From assembly GCA_017510425.1 (NCBI GenBank), contig JAFWNJ010000002.1, forward strand, positions 5,561-69,560: 64,000 nt of DNA, written 5' to 3'. Shown piece by piece: positions 10,079-19,087 of the stretch. The stretch comes from Candidatus Saccharimonadota bacterium (GTDB lineage Bacteria; Patescibacteriota; Saccharimonadia; Saccharimonadales; Saccharimonadaceae). The notes beneath the pieces were generated by a model. It did not search any database. It was not told the DNA's origin and saw nothing but the letters and a program-made list of their open reading frames with translations. Position numbers and translations under genes: made by a program. Position 1 is the stretch's first letter; the number at the start of each line of letters is the position of its first letter.

Positions 10079-10934
10079 TAAGTGATTTTAGGACTGAAAT
10101 TTTGGCCTCTGGGAACGCGCCGGTGATGAGCTGAGGCGTGCGGTTGACTTCAAGAACGGTATACTCACCAGAGTTTTTGTCTTGTAGGATGTCGGCGCCG
10201 GCGATTTTGATATCTAGGGCCTTCGCGGCATCGGTGGCTAGCTCTAGAACTTTAGGGTCCACTTCCTCTAGTGGTACCAGAGTAGCATCGCCTCCGACAG
10301 AAGTGTTATTACGAAAATCTTTGCCGTGAGAGGAGCGGTAAATGGCTAACCTGGGTTTAAAATGTGTGAGTATGATGCGCCAGTCTCCATCATTAGGGAT
10401 GAAGTTTTGCATAACAAAGTGAGTATCTGGGTTGTCATTGATAACTTGGCGAAGCTCAGTTTCGTCATGAATAAGGTAGCTGTCCTTACCTTTGGTCCCC
10501 TGTACGGATTTAATAATACAGGGAAAGCCGAATTGCGAAAACTGTTGCACCAGAAACTCGACGGGGCCGAAGGCAGTTTTTGCAACAGGGATGCCGGATT
10601 CCCAGAAACGCCAGAGGGCGTAAAGCTTGCCGTCGGTATTAGAGAAGCTATCATCCAAGAGCGTGATATTATGCTTGCGACAATAACAGGCTAAGGCGCT
10701 AAAGAGATAGTTCTGGAGGTGCCCAGGGGAGGTGGCGAGTATGATGATTCTGGAGAATTCCCTGATGTCTTCACCAGTGGTGAAGTATTTGATAAAGGAG
10801 TGATCTTTATCCAGACAAAACGACAAATCCCGATATGAACAGACGGAAACAGTGGTCGCCGCATCGGATAATTGGCTCAAAACTGAATCGAATTTGCTGA
10901 TATCATTACCGATAAGAAGGACCTTGCTAGTCAT
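10065..10934 (-). CDS. RimK-like ATP-grasp ligase
   Basis: PCIIKS..GTKG, MQNFIP..GDWR, FRNNTSVGG, AGADIL, VLEVNRTP. Confidence 0.85.
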   Translation of the reverse strand: MTSKVLLIGNDISKFDSVLSQLSDAATTVSVCSYRDLSFCLDKDHSFIKYFTTGEDIREFSRIIILATSPGHLQNYLFSALACYCRKHNITLLDDSFSNTDGKLYALWRFWESGIPVAKTAFGPVEFLVQQFSQFGFPCIIKSVQGTKGKDSYLIHDETELRQVINDNPDTHFVMQNFIPNDGDWRIILTHFKPRLAIYRSSHGKDFRNNTSVGGDATLVPLEEVDPKVLELATDAAKALDIKIAGADILQDKNSGEYTVLEVNRTPQLITGAFPEAKISVLKSLITGN

Positions 10935-10936
10935 AA

Positions 10937-11845
10937 TTAGGCCCCTACGCGATCTTTACCGTTGCGGCGGGAAGCGTTGTGTTCGATGTATTCGATAATC
11001 TTAGAGGCGACGTCGCGACCAGTGACCTTTTCAATACCGAATCCTGGAGAAGCATTAACCTCAAGTACAAGTGGACCACGAGAAGACCGCATAAGATCTA
11101 CGCCACAAATATGAAGCCCCATGGCTTTTGCGGCCTTAACTGCGACTTTTTTCTCTTCGTCGGTCAATCTAACAGTGATGCCCGTACCACCTTGATGAAG
11201 GTTGGATCTAAAATCATCGTCTAATGATGCCCTTTGCATGGATGCGACCACACGACCGCCGACAACAAAAGCACGAATATCGGTGCCGGCGGATTCCTTG
11301 ATAAACTCCTGAAGCAAGATGTTGGTGCCATCTTCATTATAAAGGTAAAAAGCCTGCAAAGCCGATTTGGCAGCCTTGCGAGTATCAGCGAGAATTACGC
11401 CATTACCATGAGTACCGGTGGCCAACTTAATAATTACCGGAAGGCCAATTTGCTCCAGCAGGTCGTCAATATCAGAAGTATTACGTGAGACCAGGGTCTT
11501 TGGCGTATCGACATCATATTTTGCCAAGATTTGCGCAGCGCGCAATTTGTCCCTAGCACGAGTGATTGCCACAGAGGTAGCCGAAGTGTAAACACCCTGC
11601 ATTTCAAATTGCCGAACCACGGCGCAACCATAACGAGTCATGTTATTGGAAATGCGCGGCAAAACCGCATCGAAACCTTCCAGCTTTTTGCCCTTATAAT
11701 AAACATCTGGATGCTTATCATCAAGCGAAAGATAACAGTTCTTGTATTTCACGACTTTTACCTTATGGCCACGTTTCTCGGCCTCTTCGACTAGGCGCCT
11801 AGTGGAATAGTTTGCGTTGCCATTAGAGAGAATTGCTAACTTCAT
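10937..11845 (-). CDS. rimK: alpha-L-glutamate ligase RimK
   Basis: MKLAILS..YSTRRLVE, RARDKLR, GTDIRAFVVG, FRSNLHQGG, LEVNASPG. Confidence 0.9.
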   Translation of the reverse strand: MKLAILSNGNANYSTRRLVEEAEKRGHKVKVVKYKNCYLSLDDKHPDVYYKGKKLEGFDAVLPRISNNMTRYGCAVVRQFEMQGVYTSATSVAITRARDKLRAAQILAKYDVDTPKTLVSRNTSDIDDLLEQIGLPVIIKLATGTHGNGVILADTRKAAKSALQAFYLYNEDGTNILLQEFIKESAGTDIRAFVVGGRVVASMQRASLDDDFRSNLHQGGTGITVRLTDEEKKVAVKAAKAMGLHICGVDLMRSSRGPLVLEVNASPGFGIEKVTGRDVASKIIEYIEHNASRRNGKDRVGA

Positions 11846-12407
11846 TTTTTGTTCCCTTCTTTTTTAGTTTTATATTATCAGCATTGCCGGATAATCTTTT
11901 AATATACTTCTTGTGAAATTCGTGCGGGTTTTCGTTGAGACGTTTTTGAATTATACTTGTCTTAGGGTTCTTCTTTGGATGTATATTAGTGTTATTGTGA
12001 GATACATCCACAATGAATTTATATGCGATAGTACGACGGCCTATAAGAACCGGAAAGTTATTTCTGCTGCGATCCGAGAGGTTGAAAAGTGCCTTAATCC
12101 TTCGGCCGCCGACAACAACAGGAAGGTATGCGCGATACCGAATCTGTTCATGTCCTGAGGCACTGCGGACTACAGCAACTTTGTATTCCTTACGTTTGTA
12201 AGCCTTGCTCGTATAGAAGGGGCTACCTTCATCAAAAAGACGAAAATGGAGCACACCATCCTTGGTCACACGAATATGGCTAGCCCATACAGACGAAGAA
12301 TCGGCACCAGTGTCAATCTTGGCGGGAACCTGTTTTGCTTTGCCAATATCAATGAGTTCACTTGAACCAATAATGCTTTTTTGATCATTATCTGAATGCA
12401 TATCCAT
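11823..12407 (-). CDS. RimK-associated retropepsin-like protease
   Basis: AKIDTGADSSS and VLIGRR motifs, directly upstream of rimK. Confidence 0.85.
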   Translation of the reverse strand: MDMHSDNDQKSIIGSSELIDIGKAKQVPAKIDTGADSSSVWASHIRVTKDGVLHFRLFDEGSPFYTSKAYKRKEYKVAVVRSASGHEQIRYRAYLPVVVGGRRIKALFNLSDRSRNNFPVLIGRRTIAYKFIVDVSHNNTNIHPKKNPKTSIIQKRLNENPHEFHKKYIKRLSGNADNIKLKKKGTKNEVSNSL

Positions 12408-12464
12408 ATATTACAACAGAGGAGAAACATTGTCAATGTGGCATATATGTGGTGTTTATGAGAC

Positions 12465-13313
12465 TTAATTCCCCAGGGTTTTATCAATAGCTTCGTTCGC
12501 TTCCCTATCGGCCACCGCGTTCTCAGAACGCGAGACGTGCTTAAACGAAACTGCTTCAAACTGAGCGATTTTTTCAAGAATATCCTTGTAGATAGGCATA
12601 ATATCCTGGTTCTTGATGGAAAAAATACCAGACAATTGATTTACCACCATTAGACTATCTGAGACGAATCTCACGGTCTTGTAGCCTAGCTCTAGAGCTC
12701 GCTCGATTCCCTTTCGCATGGCGAAGTACTCGGCCATTCGTGACGTAGCGAAGCCGATAAATTCGCCGCCTTGCTCAATTATCTTACCGGTATTATCGTG
12801 AATAATATACCCAATCCCAGCTGGACCAGGATTGCCACGCGAGGCGCCATCAACATTAATAATAATACTGTTTGCCGTATCGCGCATGGATAGGTGGTCG
12901 GAATTGGTCTTCTCTTCTTCAATCTCAATCACTGAAAGACTAGTCTCGTTCAGATGAATACCTAGGTTCGAGAAATCTTTAATGAACTTATAGGAAGTAT
13001 ATCTATCCTTCGGTACGGGCCTAATCTCGCCATTAATCCCGATTTCATATACTATATAGAGATTGCTAATCTGGCTGGAGCCTTCGGGTGCTAGGAAAGT
13101 GATGACATCTTTTAGGATGACAGAGGATGCAGTGAGGCCGGTGTATTCACTAAGAGATCGTACCATAGCTTCCTCTGGCTGTTCACCGAACTTGATTTTA
13201 CCGGTCGGAAGCTCCCAAAAAACCGGAGACTCGCTGCGACCCTGGCTATGTTTTAAAACCAGGATGCCGTCTTCGTTCCGGATGATACCTACTACTCTTA
13301 TACGCTGTTTCAT
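12465..13313 (-). CDS. NUDIX-like domain + RNase HI fusion
   Basis: WELPTGKIKFGEQPEEAMVRSLSEYTG (Nudix box-like); VDGASRGNPGPAGIG...AEY...SDS...HVSRSENAVADREAN (RNase HI); start moved to MKQRIRV. Confidence 0.82.
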   Translation of the reverse strand: MKQRIRVVGIIRNEDGILVLKHSQGRSESPVFWELPTGKIKFGEQPEEAMVRSLSEYTGLTASSVILKDVITFLAPEGSSQISNLYIVYEIGINGEIRPVPKDRYTSYKFIKDFSNLGIHLNETSLSVIEIEEEKTNSDHLSMRDTANSIIINVDGASRGNPGPAGIGYIIHDNTGKIIEQGGEFIGFATSRMAEYFAMRKGIERALELGYKTVRFVSDSLMVVNQLSGIFSIKNQDIMPIYKDILEKIAQFEAVSFKHVSRSENAVADREANEAIDKTLGN

Positions 13314-13328
13314 GCCCACCTTCTTTAA

Positions 13329-13457
13329 AACCCTGTCGGCCTGTTTTCCCCGTAATATATACAAGGTGGGTAAAATCTTATGCGATACACCCACGGGTGT
13401 AAGCCACGAAGTCCCTAGAACATGATTATTCAGGAAAATCATGCTGCCAACAGGGCT
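13329..13457 (-). ncRNA. putative 6S RNA-like rod-shaped RNA
   Basis: Preceded by TATAAT; closing stem CCCTGTTGGC/GCCGACAGGG, second stem TTTTCCTG/CGGGGAAAA, central bubble, apical TACACC/GGTGTA hairpin. Confidence 0.45.
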
Positions 13458-13540
13458 AATTCCATTATATCATACTCTAGCGAGTCCTGCCGCCTTTTTC
13501 CCCATTCTTGTCAGGCTCGGATGGGGCTTCCAAGATGGTG

Positions 13541-14179
13541 TTACCAACCAACAATCCAATAAAAGAAATTTAGTAGTCCGTTAATACCTCCGGCCATGAT
13601 ACCAGAAAAAACTTGTCCTAAGATAATGATAAGAGCATAAATAATAATGATACCGTATTGCTCCATAGCTTGTAGGACACTACGTACTGAATCTGGGGAG
13701 ATAGCATAAAGAAGCCTAGAACCATCCAGGGGTGGAATAGGTATAATATTAAAGACGGTAAAGCCAAGATTAATAAGTACCAATTCGGAAAAAATGAACC
13801 CGGGTATTTCCCCACCTACGCCATATAACAACCCTGTAAAATGACCGATCAAGAAAGATACAAAGGCCAGTAAAAAATTGGTAAATGGGCCAGCCAGAGC
13901 AACTAGAGCCATGCCCCATTCCTGCCATTTCAAATTAGACTTATCAATGGGGACTGGTTTCGCACCACCGAACACTGGGGCTTTTAGTAGATATAAGACT
14001 ACTGGGACAATAATAGACATGAAGGGATCGATATGCTTCAAAGGATTAAGGGTTAATCGGCCCGCTTCTTTCGCGGTATGGTCACCCAGGTAGTAGGCCA
14101 CAATACCATGAGATAGCTCATGCAAAATTACCGAGCCGACTATGATGACGAGAACCAGTACTATATTTAATATGTCCAT
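13541..14179 (-). CDS. site-2 protease (peptidase M50)
   Basis: HELSH, ALAGPFTN, FNIIPIPPLDGS. Confidence 0.9.
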   Translation of the reverse strand: MDILNIVLVLVIIVGSVILHELSHGIVAYYLGDHTAKEAGRLTLNPLKHIDPFMSIIVPVVLYLLKAPVFGGAKPVPIDKSNLKWQEWGMALVALAGPFTNFLLAFVSFLIGHFTGLLYGVGGEIPGFIFSELVLINLGFTVFNIIPIPPLDGSRLLYAISPDSVRSVLQAMEQYGIIIIYALIIILGQVFSGIMAGGINGLLNFFYWIVGW

Positions 14180-14180
14180 A

Positions 14181-14627
14181 TTAGTTCAAGGCTACCACTT
14201 CCCTGGTAGTTGGGAGTGAGTCTAGATTCTTAATCTTAAGCTTCTTCTCGGTGCGAGCAGTTAGTTTCAGCTCTGAAACCATACCGTCGACATTGCCCAT
14301 TGATACAACGAGCTTCGGCTCAATCTCGCGAACCGCACGAACGGACGACGTACAAAGAATATCGGCTACGATATCATCAAGATTCTCTTCGATGTCGCCG
14401 ATTATGCCCACATGAATACCATTAATCTCAACATCGTAAATAACGCGTTTACTAGTAGTGGCAATCCCACGAATGGAAATATCACCAATCTCGAACTCGC
14501 CTGGGCCATGAATAATGCCAACACCTAGATTTGCATCGATGGAACTTTCGTCGATGTTAATGGTCGCAGTGGTAGTCTTGGTCGAAAGTATGATTTCGCT
14601 TTGGTTTTTGCTCTCTATTTCAAACAT
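14181..14627 (-). CDS. truncated MBL-fold-like hypothetical protein
   Basis: IHGPGEFEIGDISIRGI and IEPKLVV resemble CPR MBL-fold proteins; metal-binding His absent. Confidence 0.5.
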   Translation of the reverse strand: MFEIESKNQSEIILSTKTTTATINIDESSIDANLGVGIIHGPGEFEIGDISIRGIATTSKRVIYDVEINGIHVGIIGDIEENLDDIVADILCTSSVRAVREIEPKLVVSMGNVDGMVSELKLTARTEKKLKIKNLDSLPTTREVVALN

Positions 14628-14638
14628 TTTGCTTCTCC

Positions 14639-15244
14639 TTATGATTTAATGATGTTTTCTGGATCGATTATTTCGGTAATTTCCATTTCTAGGACGTCTA
14701 GTACGAAACGGTCCCTGACACTTTTTCGGTAGGTAAAGTCGTCGGGCGACATGATGACGTAATTAATTGGTTTGCCTTGCTTCTTTTCGACCACCTCGGC
14801 CCAACGGGTGAGTTTCTTGGTCTTATCGTTGCCAATTATTAGTAGGTCGATACCATCCTGGCCTGGTAAACGGTTCGTGACGATGAGGCCCTTCAAGTAT
14901 TTCTTGACTGGACGGCAGTATTCCTCCCATGTCGTTTCCCGAATGTCCTGATCGCTCAGTGTACTAACTTTTTTAGAAAATATTTCAATGAGCGGGCGGC
15001 AGAATGGGTGCTTGCTGTTGGCTGAGTAATAAACTTTGTTGTCAAAGGTCTCATTTTTAATAACGCCGATACTTTCCAAGTTCAGTAATTCCCTGCGGAC
15101 GGAATTAATCTGCTCGTCGATCACTCTTGTCATTTCTCGAACGTAAAAAGATTTCTCTGGGTTTTCAAAGAAAAGGTTGAGTAGCTTAGCTCTAGTCTTC
15201 GAGCCAAATAATTTTTCGGTTGGTGTGTTAACTACTTTACTCAT
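14639..15244 (-). CDS. winged-helix DNA-binding protein
   Basis: LFGSKTRAKLL...FYVREMTR...INSVRRELLNL; C-terminal IDLLIIG nucleotidyltransferase-like. Confidence 0.7.
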   Translation of the reverse strand: MSKVVNTPTEKLFGSKTRAKLLNLFFENPEKSFYVREMTRVIDEQINSVRRELLNLESIGVIKNETFDNKVYYSANSKHPFCRPLIEIFSKKVSTLSDQDIRETTWEEYCRPVKKYLKGLIVTNRLPGQDGIDLLIIGNDKTKKLTRWAEVVEKKQGKPINYVIMSPDDFTYRKSVRDRFVLDVLEMEITEIIDPENIIKS

Positions 15245-15293
15245 ACTGTTCTAATTCTATCACAAATTAGCATAAAAACTAGTCGATTTCGCC

Positions 15294-15368
15294 TGGACGG
15301 GTCCTGCCGTTTTCTCTTCCCCCGCTCGGCTCTCGCGGAGGACCCCCTTCAAAAACGTCACCCGCCCA
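15294..15368. repeat. palindromic repeat family A, intergenic copy
   Basis: cgggtcctgcc...gtcacccgc frame shared with copies at 31738, 36654, 49231, 61124. Confidence 0.8.
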
Positions 15369-15395
15369 TGGAAAGCGACAAGATACATAGCATAA

Positions 15396-16142
15396 TCAGT
15401 TATTATATTTTTCAATAACGTATGAATAAATCATTTCCAACTCCAACCAAATAATATCTGGGTTTCTTTTGAACCAGGTCATTTGGCGCTTGGCGAGGTG
15501 CCAGTCTTTGTAAAAAGCTTTCTTTTTAGCTTCTTCTAACGTAAGCTCGCCCTGGAGATATTTCCAGACATATTCGTAAATATTGCTCTTCATGGCGCCA
15601 TTATCCCAGCCATATTTCTGAACTAATTTTCTAGTTTCGTTGTATAAATCTGGGTTGAACATTTGTTCAATTCTTTTGTTCAACCGAGCTTGCAATGTTT
15701 CTGGGGTGGTCTTTACGCCAACCACTAGATAATCGCCCTTGATCTGATTGCGGTCTGAACAAGTTTTTTGTTCAAAATCGCCGATTTTGGCTCCGGTGGG
15801 GCCTTTGAAATGATAATCATAGATTAGTGCATCAATATATAGGCCGGTACCACCAACAATAATCGGAACCTTGCCGCGCGCTTTGATATCATCTATTGTC
15901 TCCTCGGCATACTGCTTCCAATCTGCCACGGTGAAACGCTCACCTGGTGTGACTAGGTCTAAACCGTGATGGGGGATTCCCTGCTGTTCCTCAATGGTTG
16001 GCTTGGCTGTACCGATATCCATGCCTTTATAAATTGCACGAGAGTCGGCTGAAATAATCTCGCCGTTTAGGGTCTTTGCAATTTTGATGGAAACGCCAGT
16101 CTTACCAGAGCCTGTAGGACCTAGAATAATCAATGTTCTCAT
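15396..16142 (-). CDS. miaA: tRNA dimethylallyltransferase (short form)
   Basis: GPTGSGKT, ISADSR, MDIGTAKP, VGGTGLY, AKRQMTWF. Confidence 0.92.
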   Translation of the reverse strand: MRTLIILGPTGSGKTGVSIKIAKTLNGEIISADSRAIYKGMDIGTAKPTIEEQQGIPHHGLDLVTPGERFTVADWKQYAEETIDDIKARGKVPIIVGGTGLYIDALIYDYHFKGPTGAKIGDFEQKTCSDRNQIKGDYLVVGVKTTPETLQARLNKRIEQMFNPDLYNETRKLVQKYGWDNGAMKSNIYEYVWKYLQGELTLEEAKKKAFYKDWHLAKRQMTWFKRNPDIIWLELEMIYSYVIEKYNN

Positions 16143-16167
16143 GAGCGGGTCTTGTCCGAACCCATGA

Positions 16168-17913
16168 TTATTTTAATTCCTTCAAGAACTCAGCAAGTTT
16201 GGCGAGCTTGACTTTCTCTTCGGAATCGCGGAGACGAATGGAAACGATTCCCTCTTCGGCATCCTTCGGTCCGACTACGAGAATTGCTGGAACTTTCAAC
16301 TCGGTGGCTCGCTTGATCTTCTTGCTAAGCGAATCAGAAGTATCGTCTATAGTATAACGTAGTTCATTATATTTTAGTGGCTTATCAAGAACAATGTCGT
16401 CTAGAACCTTCGTAATCTTGGCGACGTAGTCAGAAACCTTGTCATTGATAGTGACAATACGAACCTGCTCAGGGGCGCACCAGAATGGGAACCAGCCACC
16501 GGTATGCTCAATAAATACAGACAAGAAGCGCTCGATGGAACCGAGAGTGGCATGATGAATCATGACTGGGCGCTCTTTCTCGCCTTTTTCGTTGGTAAAC
16601 TCGAGGCCGAAGCGCTCTGGCATGACGAAATCTAATTGGATGGTGGCCAGCTGGTGTTCGCGGCCGATAGCATCCTCTGCCATGAAATCAATCTTCGGAC
16701 CATAGAAGGCAGCTTCACCCTCTTGCTCGTAGTATTCGAGGCCATTATCAATCGCAGCTTGCTTAATCTGATTCTGGGCCATATCCCAGAGCTTCTTGTC
16801 ACCTAGATATTTATCCTCGTCAGAACGATACGATAACCTGGCGCGAAGCTTCTGCATGCCGACGGTCGCATATAATTCTTTAACTATATTAACCAGGTGG
16901 GCCACCTCTTCCTTAATCTGATCCTTACGACAGAAGACGTGAGAATCATCCTGAGTGAGCGAGCGAACCCTAGATAGGCCACCCAACTCGCCAGTCTTTT
17001 CATCGCGGTAATCGGTCGTAGCTTCCATATAGCGTACTGGCATTTCACGGTAAGTACGGGGGCGCGAGGCGAAGATTTGGGTGTGATGAGGGCAGTTCAT
17101 CGGTTTCATGGCGAAATCTTCCCCGTTCACTTGTGAGTGCACCATGAACAATTCATCGCCGAACTTCGCATAGTGTCCGGAAGTCTTGTACAAATCAGTT
17201 TTGGTGATGTGGGGAGTCCAGACTTTCTTGAACCCTTCTTTACCACGAAGCGATAAAGAATAGTTCGCAAGCAGCTCACGTAGTTCCGTACCCCGAGGGG
17301 TGAAGAGTGGTAAACCAACTCCAACCAAATCAGAGAAACAGAACAGATCCAGTTCCTTGCCTAGCTTGCGGTGGTCGCGCTTCTTAGCTTCCTCTTGACG
17401 CTTAAGATAAGTGTTCAGCTCGTCCTCGGTATCAAAAGCAACTCCGTAAATACGCGTAAGCATGGGGCGCTTCTCGTCACCACGCCAGTAAGCTCCAGCA
17501 ACGCGAACCAGTTTAAACGGGCCGGTCTGAGACAAATCTTTCACATGGGGGCCTTTGCAAAGGTCGGTAAATAGGTCACCCATGTCATAGAAGGTCAATT
17601 CTTCATTCTCCGGCAGCTCTTCGATTAGCTCAATCTTATAATCTTGCTTCTGGTCGCGTGCCCAATCTAGGGCTTCGGATTTGGAAGCGGTGCGCTTGAC
17701 CATCGGTAGCTTGCGGGCAATAATGCCACGCATTTTCTTCTCGATCTTATTTAAGTCAGAGTCGGAAATCTTCGTGTCGCCAAAATCAATATCGTAGTAA
17801 AATCCATCGTCAATGGCTGGGCCAATGCCGAATTTCGCGTGCGGATAGAGTTCCTTAACTGCTGCGGCGAGAACATGACTTAAAGTATGTCTCATTTTTT
17901 CTATTTCTTTCAT
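16168..17913 (-). CDS. thrS: threonyl-tRNA synthetase
   Basis: RHTLSH, DLCKGPH, RDHRKLG, KPMNCPHH, AFYGPKID. Confidence 0.96.
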   Translation of the reverse strand: MKEIEKMRHTLSHVLAAAVKELYPHAKFGIGPAIDDGFYYDIDFGDTKISDSDLNKIEKKMRGIIARKLPMVKRTASKSEALDWARDQKQDYKIELIEELPENEELTFYDMGDLFTDLCKGPHVKDLSQTGPFKLVRVAGAYWRGDEKRPMLTRIYGVAFDTEDELNTYLKRQEEAKKRDHRKLGKELDLFCFSDLVGVGLPLFTPRGTELRELLANYSLSLRGKEGFKKVWTPHITKTDLYKTSGHYAKFGDELFMVHSQVNGEDFAMKPMNCPHHTQIFASRPRTYREMPVRYMEATTDYRDEKTGELGGLSRVRSLTQDDSHVFCRKDQIKEEVAHLVNIVKELYATVGMQKLRARLSYRSDEDKYLGDKKLWDMAQNQIKQAAIDNGLEYYEQEGEAAFYGPKIDFMAEDAIGREHQLATIQLDFVMPERFGLEFTNEKGEKERPVMIHHATLGSIERFLSVFIEHTGGWFPFWCAPEQVRIVTINDKVSDYVAKITKVLDDIVLDKPLKYNELRYTIDDTSDSLSKKIKRATELKVPAILVVGPKDAEEGIVSIRLRDSEEKVKLAKLAEFLKELK

Positions 17914-18083
17914 AGTGTTTCCTTTGCTAAAATACTCTGTAATTATACCACAGTTTTGGCTGACCGCGTAACTTATCCAATATCATTACAGAATACATGC
18001 ATAGTAGTAGTACCAATATTAGGAGTATAGGTACCATTATTGATATTGGGGTTTCTTATGGAAAAATATCGAATAATATTAAA

Positions 18084-18767
18084 CTATCTGCCGCGAGGTC
18101 GTTTGTTTTTGCAGATGTTGCCGCGGATTTTTAGAGTCTTATAGATTTCACTGGTCACATCGCGTGTCCCGTTGCAAATTTCTATGCTTCTACCGAGCAC
18201 ACGTTTTAGCTCTGGGATAATATCATTAAACTGCGAACAGCCGATAATAACTTTAGACGGGGTAAAACCTTCATTTATGACATTTCGGTATATGGTTTCC
18301 TTTATTTCTGAAAGTTGTAATTCCCCGTCGTCGATTTTGGCCGGCCAGGAATCGAGTAAAAGAGTTTTAAGGCGGAAGCTTTGTCTCAATTTGTGAACAA
18401 AAATCCGGCAGTTCATTGATTTTGCGAGAGCTTTTGTGGTTAAAAATAATATGTCTTTTTCAACAAAAGAACACGGATGCTCAAGCTCCAGACCAACAAA
18501 ATTTTGATTCTGATACTTTCGTTTAAAAAAATTAAGGCTTGTAGTGGTTAATAAATAATTCGCAAAAACAATTAGGTCCACCTTATTAAAATATGGAGTC
18601 AAGGCCGCCTCGGCGCATTTCCTTGCCTCTTTGACACCGGATAGAATCTCACTGGCGTGGCGCCAATCAATAACACGTATGATTTCCGCCACTGGTAATT
18701 CTTGCTCCAGGTAATCAGCAAAACCCTCGCCACCATACCCACTATCAAAAACTACTATTTTCATCAT
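18084..18767 (-). CDS. glutamate racemase-like protein (divergent)
   Basis: VVFDSGYGG and IIGCSQF resemble MurI; first catalytic ACNT motif missing. Confidence 0.55.
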   Translation of the reverse strand: MMKIVVFDSGYGGEGFADYLEQELPVAEIIRVIDWRHASEILSGVKEARKCAEAALTPYFNKVDLIVFANYLLTTTSLNFFKRKYQNQNFVGLELEHPCSFVEKDILFLTTKALAKSMNCRIFVHKLRQSFRLKTLLLDSWPAKIDDGELQLSEIKETIYRNVINEGFTPSKVIIGCSQFNDIIPELKRVLGRSIEICNGTRDVTSEIYKTLKIRGNICKNKRPRGR

Positions 18768-19087
18768 TAAAAAACCTTTCCCCTCCGCTTGCAGAGAATT
18801 GTACTATGACGAAAACTGAATGGAGAAACTTTTTTACGAGTTGTGTAACAAATGTTGCATAACTTTAACAATAAAAAATAAATCCTTTTGGGACTTCTTT
18901 TATTGTGTGGTGGGGCTTAATAAGCCAAGTTTTAACAACATACAAGGAAGATATACAAGAGAAACTACAGAACTATGAGTATGAAGATTAAGTGGCGATC
19001 TCCATAAGCGTACTATATCACAGATACTTGCTCCCGCGATACCGTTTACCCGTTTTGCCGTTTATTATAAATACCACAAAACATATA

